Virus record (IMG/VR): IMGVR_UViG_2869947659_000002
Length of the DNA: 53,943 nt
Direction: 5' to 3' (one strand)
From: a virus
Taxonomy: Duplodnaviria; Heunggongvirae; Uroviricota; Caudoviricetes
Notes under the pieces: generated by a model
Told to the model about the DNA's origin: nothing
What the model saw: only the letters and a program-made list of their open reading frames with translations
The model's database searches: none
Part shown: positions 38,962 through 48,768 of the stretch, one piece after another
Position numbering within the stretch: the first letter of the stretch is position 1
How the letters are laid out: the number at the start of each line of letters is the position of its first letter
Program-made: the position numbers and the translations under genes

Positions 38962-39657
38962 ATGTTAGAACCACCAAAGAGTTATAATGAAATGTTGCCT
39001 ATGCTCCATAAGGCGACTTTTATTACTACATTTATATTTTACCTATCATTAGTCATTTATGGCTACATGCCATTGGTTGGCATTAATGCCAAGTATATCC
39101 TCCCCGTTAAAGACTACGAGGAATTTATTAAATGGATATTAACCTTTGGCATATTACCAATTGCATCTTCAGTTTTTTGGTCAGTAATTAGTGGAGCTTT
39201 AGATCTACATAATAATGTAGCAAAAATTATTGGAATAAGGAAGATGTGGGATAGTCATTTAATTATTAAACCATTAGCAAAAATTGCAGGCGTTACGAGA
39301 AAATTAACTACTGATGAATCTCACAAGGTAATGAGTAAACTGTATTACCCAGAAGTTAAAGAGTTAAAAGACAAACATTACGTTGAACTTTTCTGGAACA
39401 AAGTTTATTACTTTTGGGTTTTCTTTGAACATACAGTAATCGCATTTGTTACTATTTTAATAATAAGTATCGCCAAATTAACAAATATATTCTCTGTTAC
39501 TGGCTCTTTAATTAATCTTTGGTTGTGGATTATTTCTCTTGTCGCATTTGACTTCCTTATTTTCATAGCATCAGTTAAACCAAGAACAGAAAGCCAAGTA
39601 AGACAAATACCTGATAGCAAAATAAAAGAATTCTTTAACAATAACAATATTTTTTAA
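38962..39657 (+). CDS. hypothetical integral membrane protein (about 4 TM), AT-rich cargo
   Basis: ATG 38962 after GGAGAG; hydrophobic segments ATFITTFIFYLSLVIYGYMPLVGI, WILTFGILPIASSVFWSVISGAL, VYYFWVFFEHTVIAFVTILIISIA, LINLWLWIISLVAFDFLIFIASV; very low GC. Confidence 0.7.
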   Translation: MLEPPKSYNEMLPMLHKATFITTFIFYLSLVIYGYMPLVGINAKYILPVKDYEEFIKWILTFGILPIASSVFWSVISGALDLHNNVAKIIGIRKMWDSHLIIKPLAKIAGVTRKLTTDESHKVMSKLYYPEVKELKDKHYVELFWNKVYYFWVFFEHTVIAFVTILIISIAKLTNIFSVTGSLINLWLWIISLVAFDFLIFIASVKPRTESQVRQIPDSKIKEFFNNNNIF

Positions 39658-39663
39658 ACGAGG

Positions 39664-40323
39664 TTGATTTTGAATTACAAAATAAATGGAATAAACATAC
39701 GTTCAGAAAATGCAGCGAAACCGCACACTATGCCATCTAACTATCTCTGTAAACAGATTGAAAGCACTAATAAAAATGGCAATGCCCTTGATTTTGGATG
39801 TGGAAAACTTAGATATTCAGAACAATTAGTAAATAAATTTGAAACTGTGACATTTTTAGATTCCAGAAGACAACTAGAAAGAGTGCAAATTATCAGAGGT
39901 GTACAAACCACGATTCCAGATTACGTGATAAATAACTATAAGAATGCTAATATTGTTTCTTATGAAAATATAGATAAAATAACAAATCATTATGATTTCA
40001 TACTTTGCACAAACGTGCTTTCCGCAATTCCATGTGAATCCACAATTCACAAAGTCCTCAGTGCGATTAGAGAATTATTAAAGAGTGATGGTGAAGCACT
40101 GATTGTCAATCAATACAAAAGTTCTTATTTCAAGAGGTACGAGAGCGGTATTAAACATTTGCATGGGTATATATACCAAAACTCTCGTAATGCTTTCTAC
40201 TATGGTTTATTAGATGTGGATACTGTAAGTAAAATATGCTCAGATAATAATTTAGAAATAATAAAATCATGGAGCAAAGCAGGTAGTTCATATGTGGTTG
40301 TTGGTAAACATATACATATTTAG
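39664..40323 (+). CDS. hypothetical protein with class I SAM-methyltransferase fold, AT-rich cargo
   Basis: Motif I-like ALDFGCGKL, acidic post-I (TFLDS), motif II-like YDFILCTNVLSAIP; starts 6 bp after the membrane protein gene. Confidence 0.7.
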   Translation: MILNYKINGINIRSENAAKPHTMPSNYLCKQIESTNKNGNALDFGCGKLRYSEQLVNKFETVTFLDSRRQLERVQIIRGVQTTIPDYVINNYKNANIVSYENIDKITNHYDFILCTNVLSAIPCESTIHKVLSAIRELLKSDGEALIVNQYKSSYFKRYESGIKHLHGYIYQNSRNAFYYGLLDVDTVSKICSDNNLEIIKSWSKAGSSYVVVGKHIHI

Positions 40324-40638
40324 TTTATTTCAACAAATTATTAGAAAGAGTGATTTGCTTGTTAATTATTAGCTCGGCAGTGCCGGATCGACATGACCCT
40401 GCCACTTAGGCCATTGCCGGTTTACCTACTTTTGTAAGGTTCTGCATGAAGTTTTTATATACTCTTCCTAATATCAATAGTGATGCTCGCTTATGTTAGC
40501 TGCTTCTTGTACATAGTAGCCTTCTCCGACAGTACTGCAATGAGCGGAGAGTAAAAGTCGATAAACAATAAGGAGGTTCACAATAAATATTTCTCGGTGA
40601 AACTTTCAAAGCATTCTCTGTTTTGCTAAATCGACCAA

Positions 40639-41539
40639 TTATAAATCAACAACATTTAGTGTTATATCAATATTATTTAGCCTTGCAATCTCTGATGAAT
40701 CACTTGCTATTTTAGCTTTTAATTTATCAATATTAATCATATCTTCATGGCTTATATAAACCATATCACCTTGGTTAACTTTAGATTTGTTCACTATGGC
40801 TTGAATAACAGACAAATCATCCATTACACCTCTCATAAATTTCACCATGCTTTGATCTTTGAAGTCAGATATCGATTTTGAACGTTGCTTACGTTGAATT
40901 GTTCCTTTTGTAATTACTTCATTAATTTCTTTTAAACCAGTGAGCATATCAGACAGACTGCCTTCGCAACTCATCCGATGTTTTATTGCATTGCGATTAA
41001 TAATATTGAGTATAATTTCGAGTGAATCTTTATCACTCCATGGATGTAATGATGTATAATCATGATGGCGTCGAATGGCGTCAATCATATCCTGGACCAT
41101 ATCTTCATCTGCTTTATCGCAAAGTTCATTCACGAAATAGCTGGGGTCGATTATTTTACAATAACTTGGAGTTAGGTATCTTGAGGCTTTACAAAAACCA
41201 AAAATATATAAAGTAGAGTATTTATCTTTCAGACTCTCTCCTATTTCATTTGTTTCCTCAAAAGATTCGATAGTTTTTTTTAATTTTTGCTGGACTTGCA
41301 TTCGTAGTAACTTGAACTGCTATCATGTTTTTATTATCAGCTAAATCAATGGCGGGAAAATTAACTTTAATCTGATTCATGTTTACCAGTTCACCCATTT
41401 TCAGCGCGCGAAACATAAAGATGGTCAATGACTCAATTATTCTTTCCATGTCATGAAAGCCTGCCTGTTTGCGTTGCGCGATATAAAGCTGGAGTAGTGC
41501 AATATCACTCTGTAAGTTTCTAATAAGTGGATCAATCAT
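40639..41539 (-). CDS. hypothetical protein split into two ORFs (41258..41539 and 40639..41301) by a 1-nt frame change at an A8 tract
   Basis: ATG 41539 with AAAGGA RBS; upstream frame stops just after the A8 run (plus-strand T8 at 41274..41281); contraction to A7 would give one ORF of about 305 aa; second ORF has no RBS of its own. Confidence 0.5.
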
Positions 41540-41791
41540 AGCTAATAATCCTTTTCAATGAAGCTGGAGGTGTGTTTAACTATTAGTTAAATTTCTATTT
41601 TTATAGAAACAAGCTTTACAACTTCATCAAAGTTTCTCAAATCCTAATCCACTTTGCAAATCCACTAACCATGCTGAATGCTTTCTGTTGTTAAACATAT
41701 CCGCTGCTGGCACCAAGCAGACAAACACACTAACTCTACCCTACTCCACAAAAGAGCCAATCAATATCTGAACTAATAAACTTTAATCTCA

Positions 41792-42214
41792 TCACTTCAA
41801 TAAATATCGAGCATTTCCCTGATAGAATGCTAGTATGCGCTGCATAACTTCACTCTTCCGGCACTCGCGACAGATTATGTTCTGACGCCTGTCGTAGCGA
41901 CGTATTTCTCCGTCAGGTAATGACCAGATAAGGTCCGGATCAACCGCAGATGGTTCCTTCAGCTTTGCCCTTGAGAGCTTTTTACGGGCATTTTGCCAGT
42001 CCTTACGCGCCTGTTCAGACGGGAATAACCCGTAACCAGAGTTGTATACATCGCCGCTGGCAACCAGCTCTCTTGCGAGAACGCTCATCAGATATCTTGT
42101 CGCACCTGTCTTGACTTCCAGTTGCCGTAACGTCTCACGACCGCTCTGGCGCACGAGTTCCACCACCTGCCCTTTAATTTTTTCCCGCTCTTCTTGTGTA
42201 AAAACTTTTGCCAC
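41792..42214 (-). CDS. hypothetical early-region protein (140 aa)
   Basis: ORF downstream of the replication-initiator-like gene; basic, contains CRECRK; no family recognised. Confidence 0.5.
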   Translation of the reverse strand: MAKVFTQEEREKIKGQVVELVRQSGRETLRQLEVKTGATRYLMSVLARELVASGDVYNSGYGLFPSEQARKDWQNARKKLSRAKLKEPSAVDPDLIWSLPDGEIRRYDRRQNIICRECRKSEVMQRILAFYQGNARYLLK

Positions 42215-42254
42215 AAGTCCCCCTTAAAATTACCTCATGACCTGAAATCAAAAC

Positions 42255-43274
42255 TTATCCTCTGAAACCAGGCGGAATTTCTGTATCCGGTTCAGAAATA
42301 TGATTAACACAACGCTGTACAGGTGAACGCCCCAGGCGGATGACCAGTTCGTCCCATTTTTCGCGGAGCTTTGACGGGCTCATGATGTTTTTTACCCAGA
42401 ACGGATCCCGCTGTACCCGACCAAACATTTCACAAATTTGTCTGTGGCTTCTGCCATCCAGCATCCGCATTGTGCGCACATCATTGGCCCAGACAGTCCA
42501 GTTAGGCTCTTTTGGTCGCATGATCTCGCCATCATCACTGGCGGCCTGTTCGTAGAGACCCACGATCCGCCCCCATATCCACTGCGCACACGCCAGATCC
42601 TCCTGGCTACCCCACTGGCGTTTTTTCGCACTAAACACAACTGCGCCAGGGTGCCGGATTAAAAAATCCTGTTCAGCCGTCTGCGGGTCCGGTTGCGAAG
42701 CTTCCGGACGAAAAGTGTTTTTATTCTCTGTAGTAATCTCTGTTGTATTCTCTGTAGGATCATCGGGCCATTTTGACCCGATGACATTGGGTCGTTTTGA
42801 ACCAATGGAGCGTTTCATTTTGACCTCTTCCATCGTGTCATTTTGACCTGATGGAGCGGCGCATTTTGAACCGATGGATTCGCTCAATTTGCCATCATCT
42901 AAAAGCTCGCTCCCATAGTTAATCGTGTAGAAATTGGTCATATCGCGCTTTGATTTATTGAGCTTTTCACAACGCAAGAGCCCCAGCGTTTTCAGACTTG
43001 CAAACGCGCGCTTTAACGTTGACTCTGACCAGAATGGGAACTGTTCCAGCCATTGTTCCGTTGTGTTGTAAATCCAGCGAACACCATCACATTCCATGCC
43101 GGAATTGGTATCTCTCAACCAGTAATGCAACTGCTGCAACACAATGGCTTCATTTAAGCCAATCTTCATCGCAAGCTGTGTGTTTATAACCAGTGGGCGT
43201 TCAGCAAAAAGAAGGCTCATAATTCCATCCAGCTTTTTGTTGGTATTGCTGTCGATACGCAAGTTTGAAAGCAA
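42255..43274 (-). CDS. putative phage replication initiation / replisome organizer protein
   Basis: 339 aa; N-terminal region (...LNEAIVLQQLHYWLRDT...) resembles replisome-organizer N-domains; position downstream of cro-like gene. Confidence 0.5.
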   Translation of the reverse strand: MLSNLRIDSNTNKKLDGIMSLLFAERPLVINTQLAMKIGLNEAIVLQQLHYWLRDTNSGMECDGVRWIYNTTEQWLEQFPFWSESTLKRAFASLKTLGLLRCEKLNKSKRDMTNFYTINYGSELLDDGKLSESIGSKCAAPSGQNDTMEEVKMKRSIGSKRPNVIGSKWPDDPTENTTEITTENKNTFRPEASQPDPQTAEQDFLIRHPGAVVFSAKKRQWGSQEDLACAQWIWGRIVGLYEQAASDDGEIMRPKEPNWTVWANDVRTMRMLDGRSHRQICEMFGRVQRDPFWVKNIMSPSKLREKWDELVIRLGRSPVQRCVNHISEPDTEIPPGFRG

Positions 43275-43722
43275 TTGCTTTTTCTATAAGTTCGTCAGTT
43301 TCACGATCCACTACGGCAGGATCAGCAAAAAGCAGTCCGGACTCCACCACATCGCCATATTCTTTGTTTAACCCGGCGATCATGTACGTGATGCTTTTTC
43401 CGTCACTAATTTCACGATACAACCTGAAATCATTAATCCGGATAGCCTCCATAATTGCAGGCACTAGCGCCGTGAACTTTTCACGCTTATCCCTGGTGTC
43501 GATAGCCTTCCAGCGTTCGAATATCTTCACTCGATTAACGCCAAGCGCTCGCTGATCAACCGCGCCACCTTCATCTGTGACACGCTGAACATCGATGTTC
43601 GGGCGCTCTTTCAAAGCCCAGAATGCTTCAGTGATTAATATCGTCGCCTGCTCCTGTGTCATTCCTGGTCGACATATCCAGGCATCCAGAGCCTCACGAG
43701 CCTGTTCAGGAGTGATTTTCAT
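43201..43722 (-). CDS. hypothetical early-region protein (173 aa)
   Basis: ORF immediately downstream of dicC; no family recognised. Confidence 0.5.
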   Translation of the reverse strand: MKITPEQAREALDAWICRPGMTQEQATILITEAFWALKERPNIDVQRVTDEGGAVDQRALGVNRVKIFERWKAIDTRDKREKFTALVPAIMEAIRINDFRLYREISDGKSITYMIAGLNKEYGDVVESGLLFADPAVVDRETDELIEKAIAFKLAYRQQYQQKAGWNYEPSFC

Positions 43723-43933
43723 TGTTCAACCGCCCCGCCCGCTTCGTCTTACGATATTCGTCATAAACCTTGGGATCATACAGAAGCTCGCCGCCAGATG
43801 CCTCCTGTAGACGCATCGCGCGACCTTCAGGAACTAGCTCTTGCCATTGAGAAACAGCAGATGGGTCAACGCCAGCAGCTTTCGCTACTTTGGCTTTCGT
43901 ACCGTAAAAATTAATTACGTCTGATTTAAACAT
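43706..43933 (-). CDS. dicC: Cro-like repressor DicC
   Basis: From MFKSDVINFYGTKAKVAKAAGVDPSAVSQWQ...VPEGRAMRLQEASGGELLYDPKVYDEYRKTKRAGRLNNENHS; divergent from dicA; six-frame ORF extends to 43960. Confidence 0.8.
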   Translation of the reverse strand: MFKSDVINFYGTKAKVAKAAGVDPSAVSQWQELVPEGRAMRLQEASGGELLYDPKVYDEYRKTKRAGRLNNENHS

Positions 43934-44010
43934 CGCACCTCCAATATTGAGTTTTCTCAATGCTAATCACTCAAGGAATCTCAAGTCAAGGATTATTAAG
44001 ATATCTAAAT
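43934..44010. promoter_or_regulatory. immunity-region operator/promoter region between dicC and dicA
   Basis: Contains 14-bp palindrome TTGAGTTTTCTCAA (43947..43960) and CTCAAG half-site repeats; related sites recur at the pL-like promoter. Confidence 0.5.
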
Positions 44011-44418
44011 ATGAACGAGAAAACTTTAGGTCAACGCATTAGAGAAAGACGTAAGCAGGTAGGCTTAAGTCAAAACGGTTTAAGCAAAGCTGCTGGCGTA
44101 TCTGGCTCATCAATTTCATTATGGGAAAGTGACCATACAGCCCCGCGCGGGCAAAATTTGCATCGCCTCGCCGAGGTATTGCAATGTTCACCAACCTGGA
44201 TACTGTTTGGCGACGAGGACAAAACACCAGCTCCCCCTGTTTCACTCGATAGTACCCTAGACTTATCGGAAGATGAGTTAGAGATGCTGCGTTTGTATCG
44301 CGCACTTCCTAAATCAGAGCAACAAGCACAACTCAGCGAACTCCGCGCCCGCGTTGAGAATTTTAATCGCCTGTTCACCGAGCTATTAGAGGCTCGCAAA
44401 CGCAACAAGCATCAATAA
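44011..44418 (+). CDS. dicA: prophage repressor DicA (CI-like HTH)
   Basis: MNEKTLGQRIRERRKQVGLSQNGLSKAAGVSGSSISLWESDHTAPRGQNLHRLAEVLQCSPTWILFGDEDK..., 135 aa. Confidence 0.85.
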   Translation: MNEKTLGQRIRERRKQVGLSQNGLSKAAGVSGSSISLWESDHTAPRGQNLHRLAEVLQCSPTWILFGDEDKTPAPPVSLDSTLDLSEDELEMLRLYRALPKSEQQAQLSELRARVENFNRLFTELLEARKRNKHQ

Positions 44419-44505
44419 TCATCCCTTCACAAAATTTTAAAGCCTTACATTTCAATGTATTGGCTTTATCTTGCGCCAACACTTGAGTTTTCTCATCAAA
44501 AAACC

Positions 44506-44534
44506 TTGACGAAAAATAATGAGAAAACTAAATT
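44506..44534 (+). promoter_or_regulatory. pL-like early-left promoter with overlapping operator-like sites
   Basis: TTGACG (44506..44511), 17-nt spacer, TAAATT (44529..44534); flanked by TTGAGTTTTCTCA (44484..44496) and its near-inverse TGAGAAAACTAA. Confidence 0.45.
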
Positions 44535-44610
44535 ACCTCCATCAACACACCGCACGGTGTTCTCCGCAAACAGTTCCGCTACCCCGGCGTTAAGGGGAAA
44601 TGAGGTCAGC

Positions 44611-44766
44611 ATGGATACTATCGATCTTGGCAACAACGAATCTCTGGTGTACGGCGTGTTTCCAAACCAGGACGGCACGTTCACCGCAATGACGTATACC
44701 AAAAGCAAAACGTTTAAAACCGAAAATGGTGCCCGTCGCTGGCTGGAAAGAAACTCAGGTGAGTGA
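44611..44766 (+). CDS. ydfA: small prophage protein YdfA-like (51 aa)
   Basis: ATG 44611 with GAGG RBS; size and position after dicA as in Qin; the upstream part of six-frame ORF 44455..44766 overlaps the promoter. Confidence 0.7.
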   Translation: MDTIDLGNNESLVYGVFPNQDGTFTAMTYTKSKTFKTENGARRWLERNSGE

Positions 44767-44767
44767 T

Positions 44768-44896
44768 ATGGATTTCGACACAATCATGGAAAAGGCTTAC
44801 GAAGAATACTTCGAAGGCCTTGCCGAAGGCGAAGAAGCTCTCAGCTTCAGTGAGTTTAAACAGGCGCTTTCCAGCTCGGCAAAATCTAACGGCTGA
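44768..44896 (+). CDS. ydfB: small prophage protein YdfB-like (42 aa)
   Basis: ATG overlapping the ydfA stop (TGATATG); MDFDTIMEKAYEEYFEGLAEGEEALSFSEFKQALSSSAKSNG. Confidence 0.65.
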   Translation: MDFDTIMEKAYEEYFEGLAEGEEALSFSEFKQALSSSAKSNG

Positions 44897-44925
44897 TAAG
44901 CGAAGCAGCACCGCGAGGAATCAGT

Positions 44926-45144
44926 ATGCAGAAACGAGAACCCGTCATCATCGCGCCAGACTATACCGATGATGAACTTTATGAGTGGATGCACCAGAAA
45001 ATTAATGCAGCGCAGGATCTGAAATGGGCCAATGAAGCCAGGGCTAAGCAGGCTGAAAATCTGTCCGCTCTGGAGCAGGATATCACTAATCTGGAAAAAG
45101 CAGCGGCATTAAGCATTGCCAGAATGATTACATACCCGCGTTAA
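44926..45144 (+). CDS. ydfC: small prophage protein YdfC-like (72 aa)
   Basis: 72-aa ORF immediately upstream of the DicF precursor region. Confidence 0.7.
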   Translation: MQKREPVIIAPDYTDDELYEWMHQKINAAQDLKWANEARAKQAENLSALEQDITNLEKAAALSIARMITYPR

Positions 45145-45485
45145 TAGCTAACCAACGAAGCTAAGGTTGGTAATTAAGGAGTTCTCCACGGGTGAGGTGG
45201 AGTGCGTGCGCCGGACACGGGTGAGCATCCGGCACTGACAGTTTACTGAAAGGATATTTCCCTGAAAAGTCAGACCATAACGCGAAAGCGCACGGCGAGG
45301 TAGCTGGTTCATAGATAGCCTGTCGTTAAATTTTCGTCGACCGTGCGCTTCCGGTTGTGGCAATCCGCGAAATGGCGCGGCGGTAAGTATGGCGGGGTTA
45401 TTCCTTCCACCGTTGAGGACACCGGGTTGTCAGGTTGACCATACGCTTAAGTGACAACCCCGCTGCAACGCCCTCTGTTATCAAT

Positions 45486-45543
45486 TTTCTGGTGACGTTT
45501 GGCGGTATCAGTTTTACTCCGTGACTGCTCTGCCGCCCTTTTT
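45486..45543 (+). ncRNA. dicF: DicF small regulatory RNA (53-nt mature form plus U-tail)
   Basis: Exact match to the DicF sequence as I recall it: TTTCTGGTGACGTTTGGCGGTATCAGTTTTACTCCGTGACTGCTCTGCCGCCC followed by TTTTT. Confidence 0.85.
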
Positions 45544-45751
45544 AAAGTGAATTTTGTGATGTGGTGAATGCGGCTGAGCGCACGCGGAACAGTTAAAACC
45601 AAAAACAGTGTTATGGGTGGATTCTCTGTATCCGGCGTTAATTGTTAACTGGTTAACGTCTAGACTGGCCCCCTGAATCTCCAGACAACCAGTATCACTT
45701 AAATAAGTGATAGTCTTAATACTAGTTTTTAGACTAGTCATTGGAGTACAG

Positions 45752-46117
45752 ATGATTGATGTCTTAGGGCCGGAGAAACGCAGACGGCGTACCACACAGG
45801 AAAAGATCGCAATTGTTCAGCAGAGCTTTGAACCGGGGATGACGGTCTCCCTCGTTGCCCGGCAACATGGTGTAGCAGCCAGCCAGTTATTTCTCTGGCG
45901 TAAGCAATACCAGGAAGGAAGTCTTACTGCTGTGGCCGCCGGAGAACAGGTTGTTCCTGCCTCTGAACTTGCTGCCGCCATGAAGCAGATTAAAGAACTC
46001 CAGCGCCTGCTCGGCAAGAAAACGATGGAAAATGAACTCCTCAAAGAAGCCGTTGAATATGGACGGGCAAAAAAGTGGATAGCGCACGCGCCCTTATTGC
46101 CCGGGGATGGGGAGTAA
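45752..46117 (+). CDS. insC: IS2 OrfA (InsC)
   Basis: Identical to copy 1 InsC. Confidence 0.9.
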
Positions 46118-46980
46118 GCTTAGTCAGCCGTTGTCTCCGGGTGTCGCGTGCGCAGTTGCACGTCATTCTCAGACGAACCGATGACTGGATGGATGGCCGC
46201 CTCAGTCGTCACACTGATGATACGGATGTGCTTCTCCGTATACACCATGTTATCGGAGAGCTGCCCACGTATGGTTATCGTCGGGTATGGGCGCTGCTTC
46301 GCAGACAGGCAGAACTTGATGGTATGCCTGCGATCAATGCCAAACGTGTTTACCGGATCATGCGCCAGAATGCGCTGTTGCTTGAGCGAAAACCTGCTGT
46401 ACCGCCATCGAAACGGGCACATACAGGCAGAGTGGCCGTGAAAGAAAGCAATCAGCGATGGTGCTCTGACGGGTTCGAGTTCTGCTGTGATAACGGAGAG
46501 AGACTGCGTGTCACGTTCGCGCTGGACTGCTGTGATCGTGAGGCACTGCACTGGGCGGTGACTACCGGCGGCTTCAACAGTGAAACAGTACTGGACGTCA
46601 TGCTGGGTGCGGTGGAACGCCGCTTCGGCAACGATCTTCCGTCGTCTCCAGTGGAGTGGCTGACGGATAATGGTTCATGCTACCGGGCTAATGAAACACG
46701 CCAGTTCGCCCGGATGTTGGGACTTGAACCGAAGAACACGGCGGTGCGGAGTCCGGAGAGTAACGGAATAGCAGAGAGCTTCGTGAAAACGATAAAGCGT
46801 GACTACATCAGTATCATGCCCAAACCAGACGGGTTAACGGCAGCAAAGAACCTTGCAGAGGCGTTCGAGCATTATAACGAATGGCATCCGCATAGTGCGC
46901 TGGGTTATCGCTCGCCACGGGAATATCTGCGGCAGCGGGCTTGTAATGGGTTAAGTGATAACAGATGTCTGGAAATATAG
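46075..46980 (+). CDS. insD: IS2 transposase OrfB (InsD)
   Basis: Identical to copy 1 InsD. Confidence 0.95.
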
Positions 46981-47048
46981 GGGCAAATCCAACGTCACCT
47001 GGAGGCACCAGGCACCGCATCACAAAATTCATTGTTGAGGACGCGATA

Positions 47049-47237
47049 ATGAAAACGTTATTACCAAACGTTAATACGTCTGAAGGTTGTTTTGAAATTG
47101 GTGTCACTATCAGTAACCCAGCATTTACTGAAGATGCCATTAACAAGAGAAAACAAGAACGGGAGCTATTAAATAAAATATGCATTGTTTCAATGCTGGC
47201 TCGTTTACGTCTGATGCCAAAAGGATGTGCACAATGA
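47049..47237 (+). CDS. dicB: cell division inhibitor DicB
   Basis: MKTLLPNVNTSEGCFEIGVTISNPAFTEDAINKRKQERELLNKICIVSMLARLRLMPKGCAQ (62 aa); six-frame ORF starts inside IS2. Confidence 0.85.
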   Translation: MKTLLPNVNTSEGCFEIGVTISNPAFTEDAINKRKQERELLNKICIVSMLARLRLMPKGCAQ

Positions 47238-47425
47238 ATTCAGCATTTGTGCTTGTTCTGACAGTTTTTCTTGTTTCCGGAGAGCCAGTTGATATTGCAG
47301 TCAGTGTTCACAGGACAATGCAGGAGTGTATGACTGCAGCAACCGAACAGAAAATTCCCGGTAACTGTTACCCGGTCGATAAAGTTATTCACCAGGATAA
47401 TATCGAAATCCCGGCAGGTCTTTAA
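47234..47425 (+). CDS. ydfD: small secreted/lysis-associated protein YdfD-like
   Basis: MNSAFVLVLTVFLVSGEPVDIAVSVHRTMQECMTAATEQKIPGNCYPVDKVIHQDNIEIPAGL; ATG overlaps the dicB stop. Confidence 0.75.
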   Translation: MNSAFVLVLTVFLVSGEPVDIAVSVHRTMQECMTAATEQKIPGNCYPVDKVIHQDNIEIPAGL

Positions 47426-48430
47426 AACAGTTCCGTAATAAATATCCGGTTTCATTCTTATATGCCAGCAATGGCAGGGATTTGTTCATCCTTAAATCTG
47501 TCATGAGGTTAAAACAAATGAGTAAAGTCTTTATTTGCGCCGCTATTCCTGACGAACTGGCAACAAGGGAAGAAGGCGCTGTGGCTGTAGCCACAGCCAT
47601 TGAAGCTGGCGACGAACGCCGTGCTCGAGCAAAATTTCACTGGCAATTCCTGGAACATTATCCGGCTGCTCAGGACTGCGCTTATAAATTTATTGTCTGC
47701 GAGGATAAACCTGGCATACCCCGCCCTGCCCTCGATTCATGGGATGCTGAATATATGCAGGAAAACCGCTGGGATGAGGATTCTGCTTCTTTTGTCCCGG
47801 TTGAGACTGAATCCGATCTGATGAACGTCACTTTTGACAAGCTGGCCCCTGAAGTACAGAACGCTCTCATGGTTAAGTTCGACACATGTGAAAACATCAC
47901 CGTTGATATGGTTATTAGCGCACAGGAATTGTTGCAGGAAGACATGGCAACATTCGACGGCCATATCGTTGAAGCGTTGATGAAAATGCCAGAAGTTAAC
48001 GCCATGTATCCGGAGCTTAAGTTGCATGCCATTGGGTGGGTTAAGCATAAATGTATTCCTGGTGCTAAATGGCCCGAAATTCAGGCAGAGATGCGCATCT
48101 GGAAAAAACGTCGTGAAGGTGAACGCAAGGAAACCGGAAAATACACGTCTGTTGTTGATCTTGCCCGCGCCAGAGCCAATCAACAGTACACTGAAAATTC
48201 AACAGGAAAAATCAGCCCGGTCATTGCTGCCATTCATCGCGAATACAAGCAGACATGGAAAACACTGGATGACGAACTGGCCTACGCTCTCTGGCCTGGT
48301 GATGTGGATGCCGGAAACATTGACGGCAGCATCCATCGCTGGGCAAAAAATGAAGTTATCGACAACTGAGGTAGCCTGAGTTTAACGGACACTCCTTCCT
48401 GAAATAGAATGGCATCAGAAGGAGCTAATA

Positions 48431-48733
48431 ATGAGCAGAAAAAACCAACGTTACTCTAAAGAGTTCAAAGCCGAAGCTGTCAGAACGGTTCTTGAAAATC
48501 AACTTTCGATCAGTGAAGGCGCTTCCCGATTATCCCTTCCTGAAGGCACTTTAGGACAATGGGTTACCGCCGCCAGAAAAGGGCTCGGTACTCCTGGTTC
48601 CCGCACGGTGGCTGAACTGGAATCTGAAATTCTGCAACTGCGTAAGGCGTTAAATGAAGCTCGCCTTGAGCGAGATATATTAAAAAAAGCAACAGCGTAT
48701 TTTGCACAGGAGTCGCTGAAAAATACGCGTTAA
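48431..48733 (+). CDS. IS3-family OrfA
   Basis: Identical to 4529..4831. Confidence 0.9.
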   Translation: MSRKNQRYSKEFKAEAVRTVLENQLSISEGASRLSLPEGTLGQWVTAARKGLGTPGSRTVAELESEILQLRKALNEARLERDILKKATAYFAQESLKNTR

Positions 48734-48768
48734 TCGAACAATGGCGACAACAATTTCCCATTGAAGCG

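Larger units (their letters stand above)
45661..46991 (+). mobile_element. IS2 insertion sequence (1331 bp), copy 2
   Basis: Left end TAGACTGGCCCCCTGAATCTCC, right end ...GGGGCAAATCCA; 5-bp direct repeat ACGTC at 45656..45660 and 46992..46996; inserted between dicF and dicB. Confidence 0.95.

Noticed and set aside
40560-40580. Strong Shine-Dalgarno-like TAAGGAGGT in the convergent intergenic region of the AT-rich island
   Set aside because: No ATG, GTG or TTG start at a usable distance and no ORF follows; possibly a remnant
44455-44610. N-terminal extension of the ydfA-like ORF
   Set aside because: The extension overlaps the pL-like promoter and operator sites; ATG 44611 has a proper RBS and gives the expected 51-aa protein
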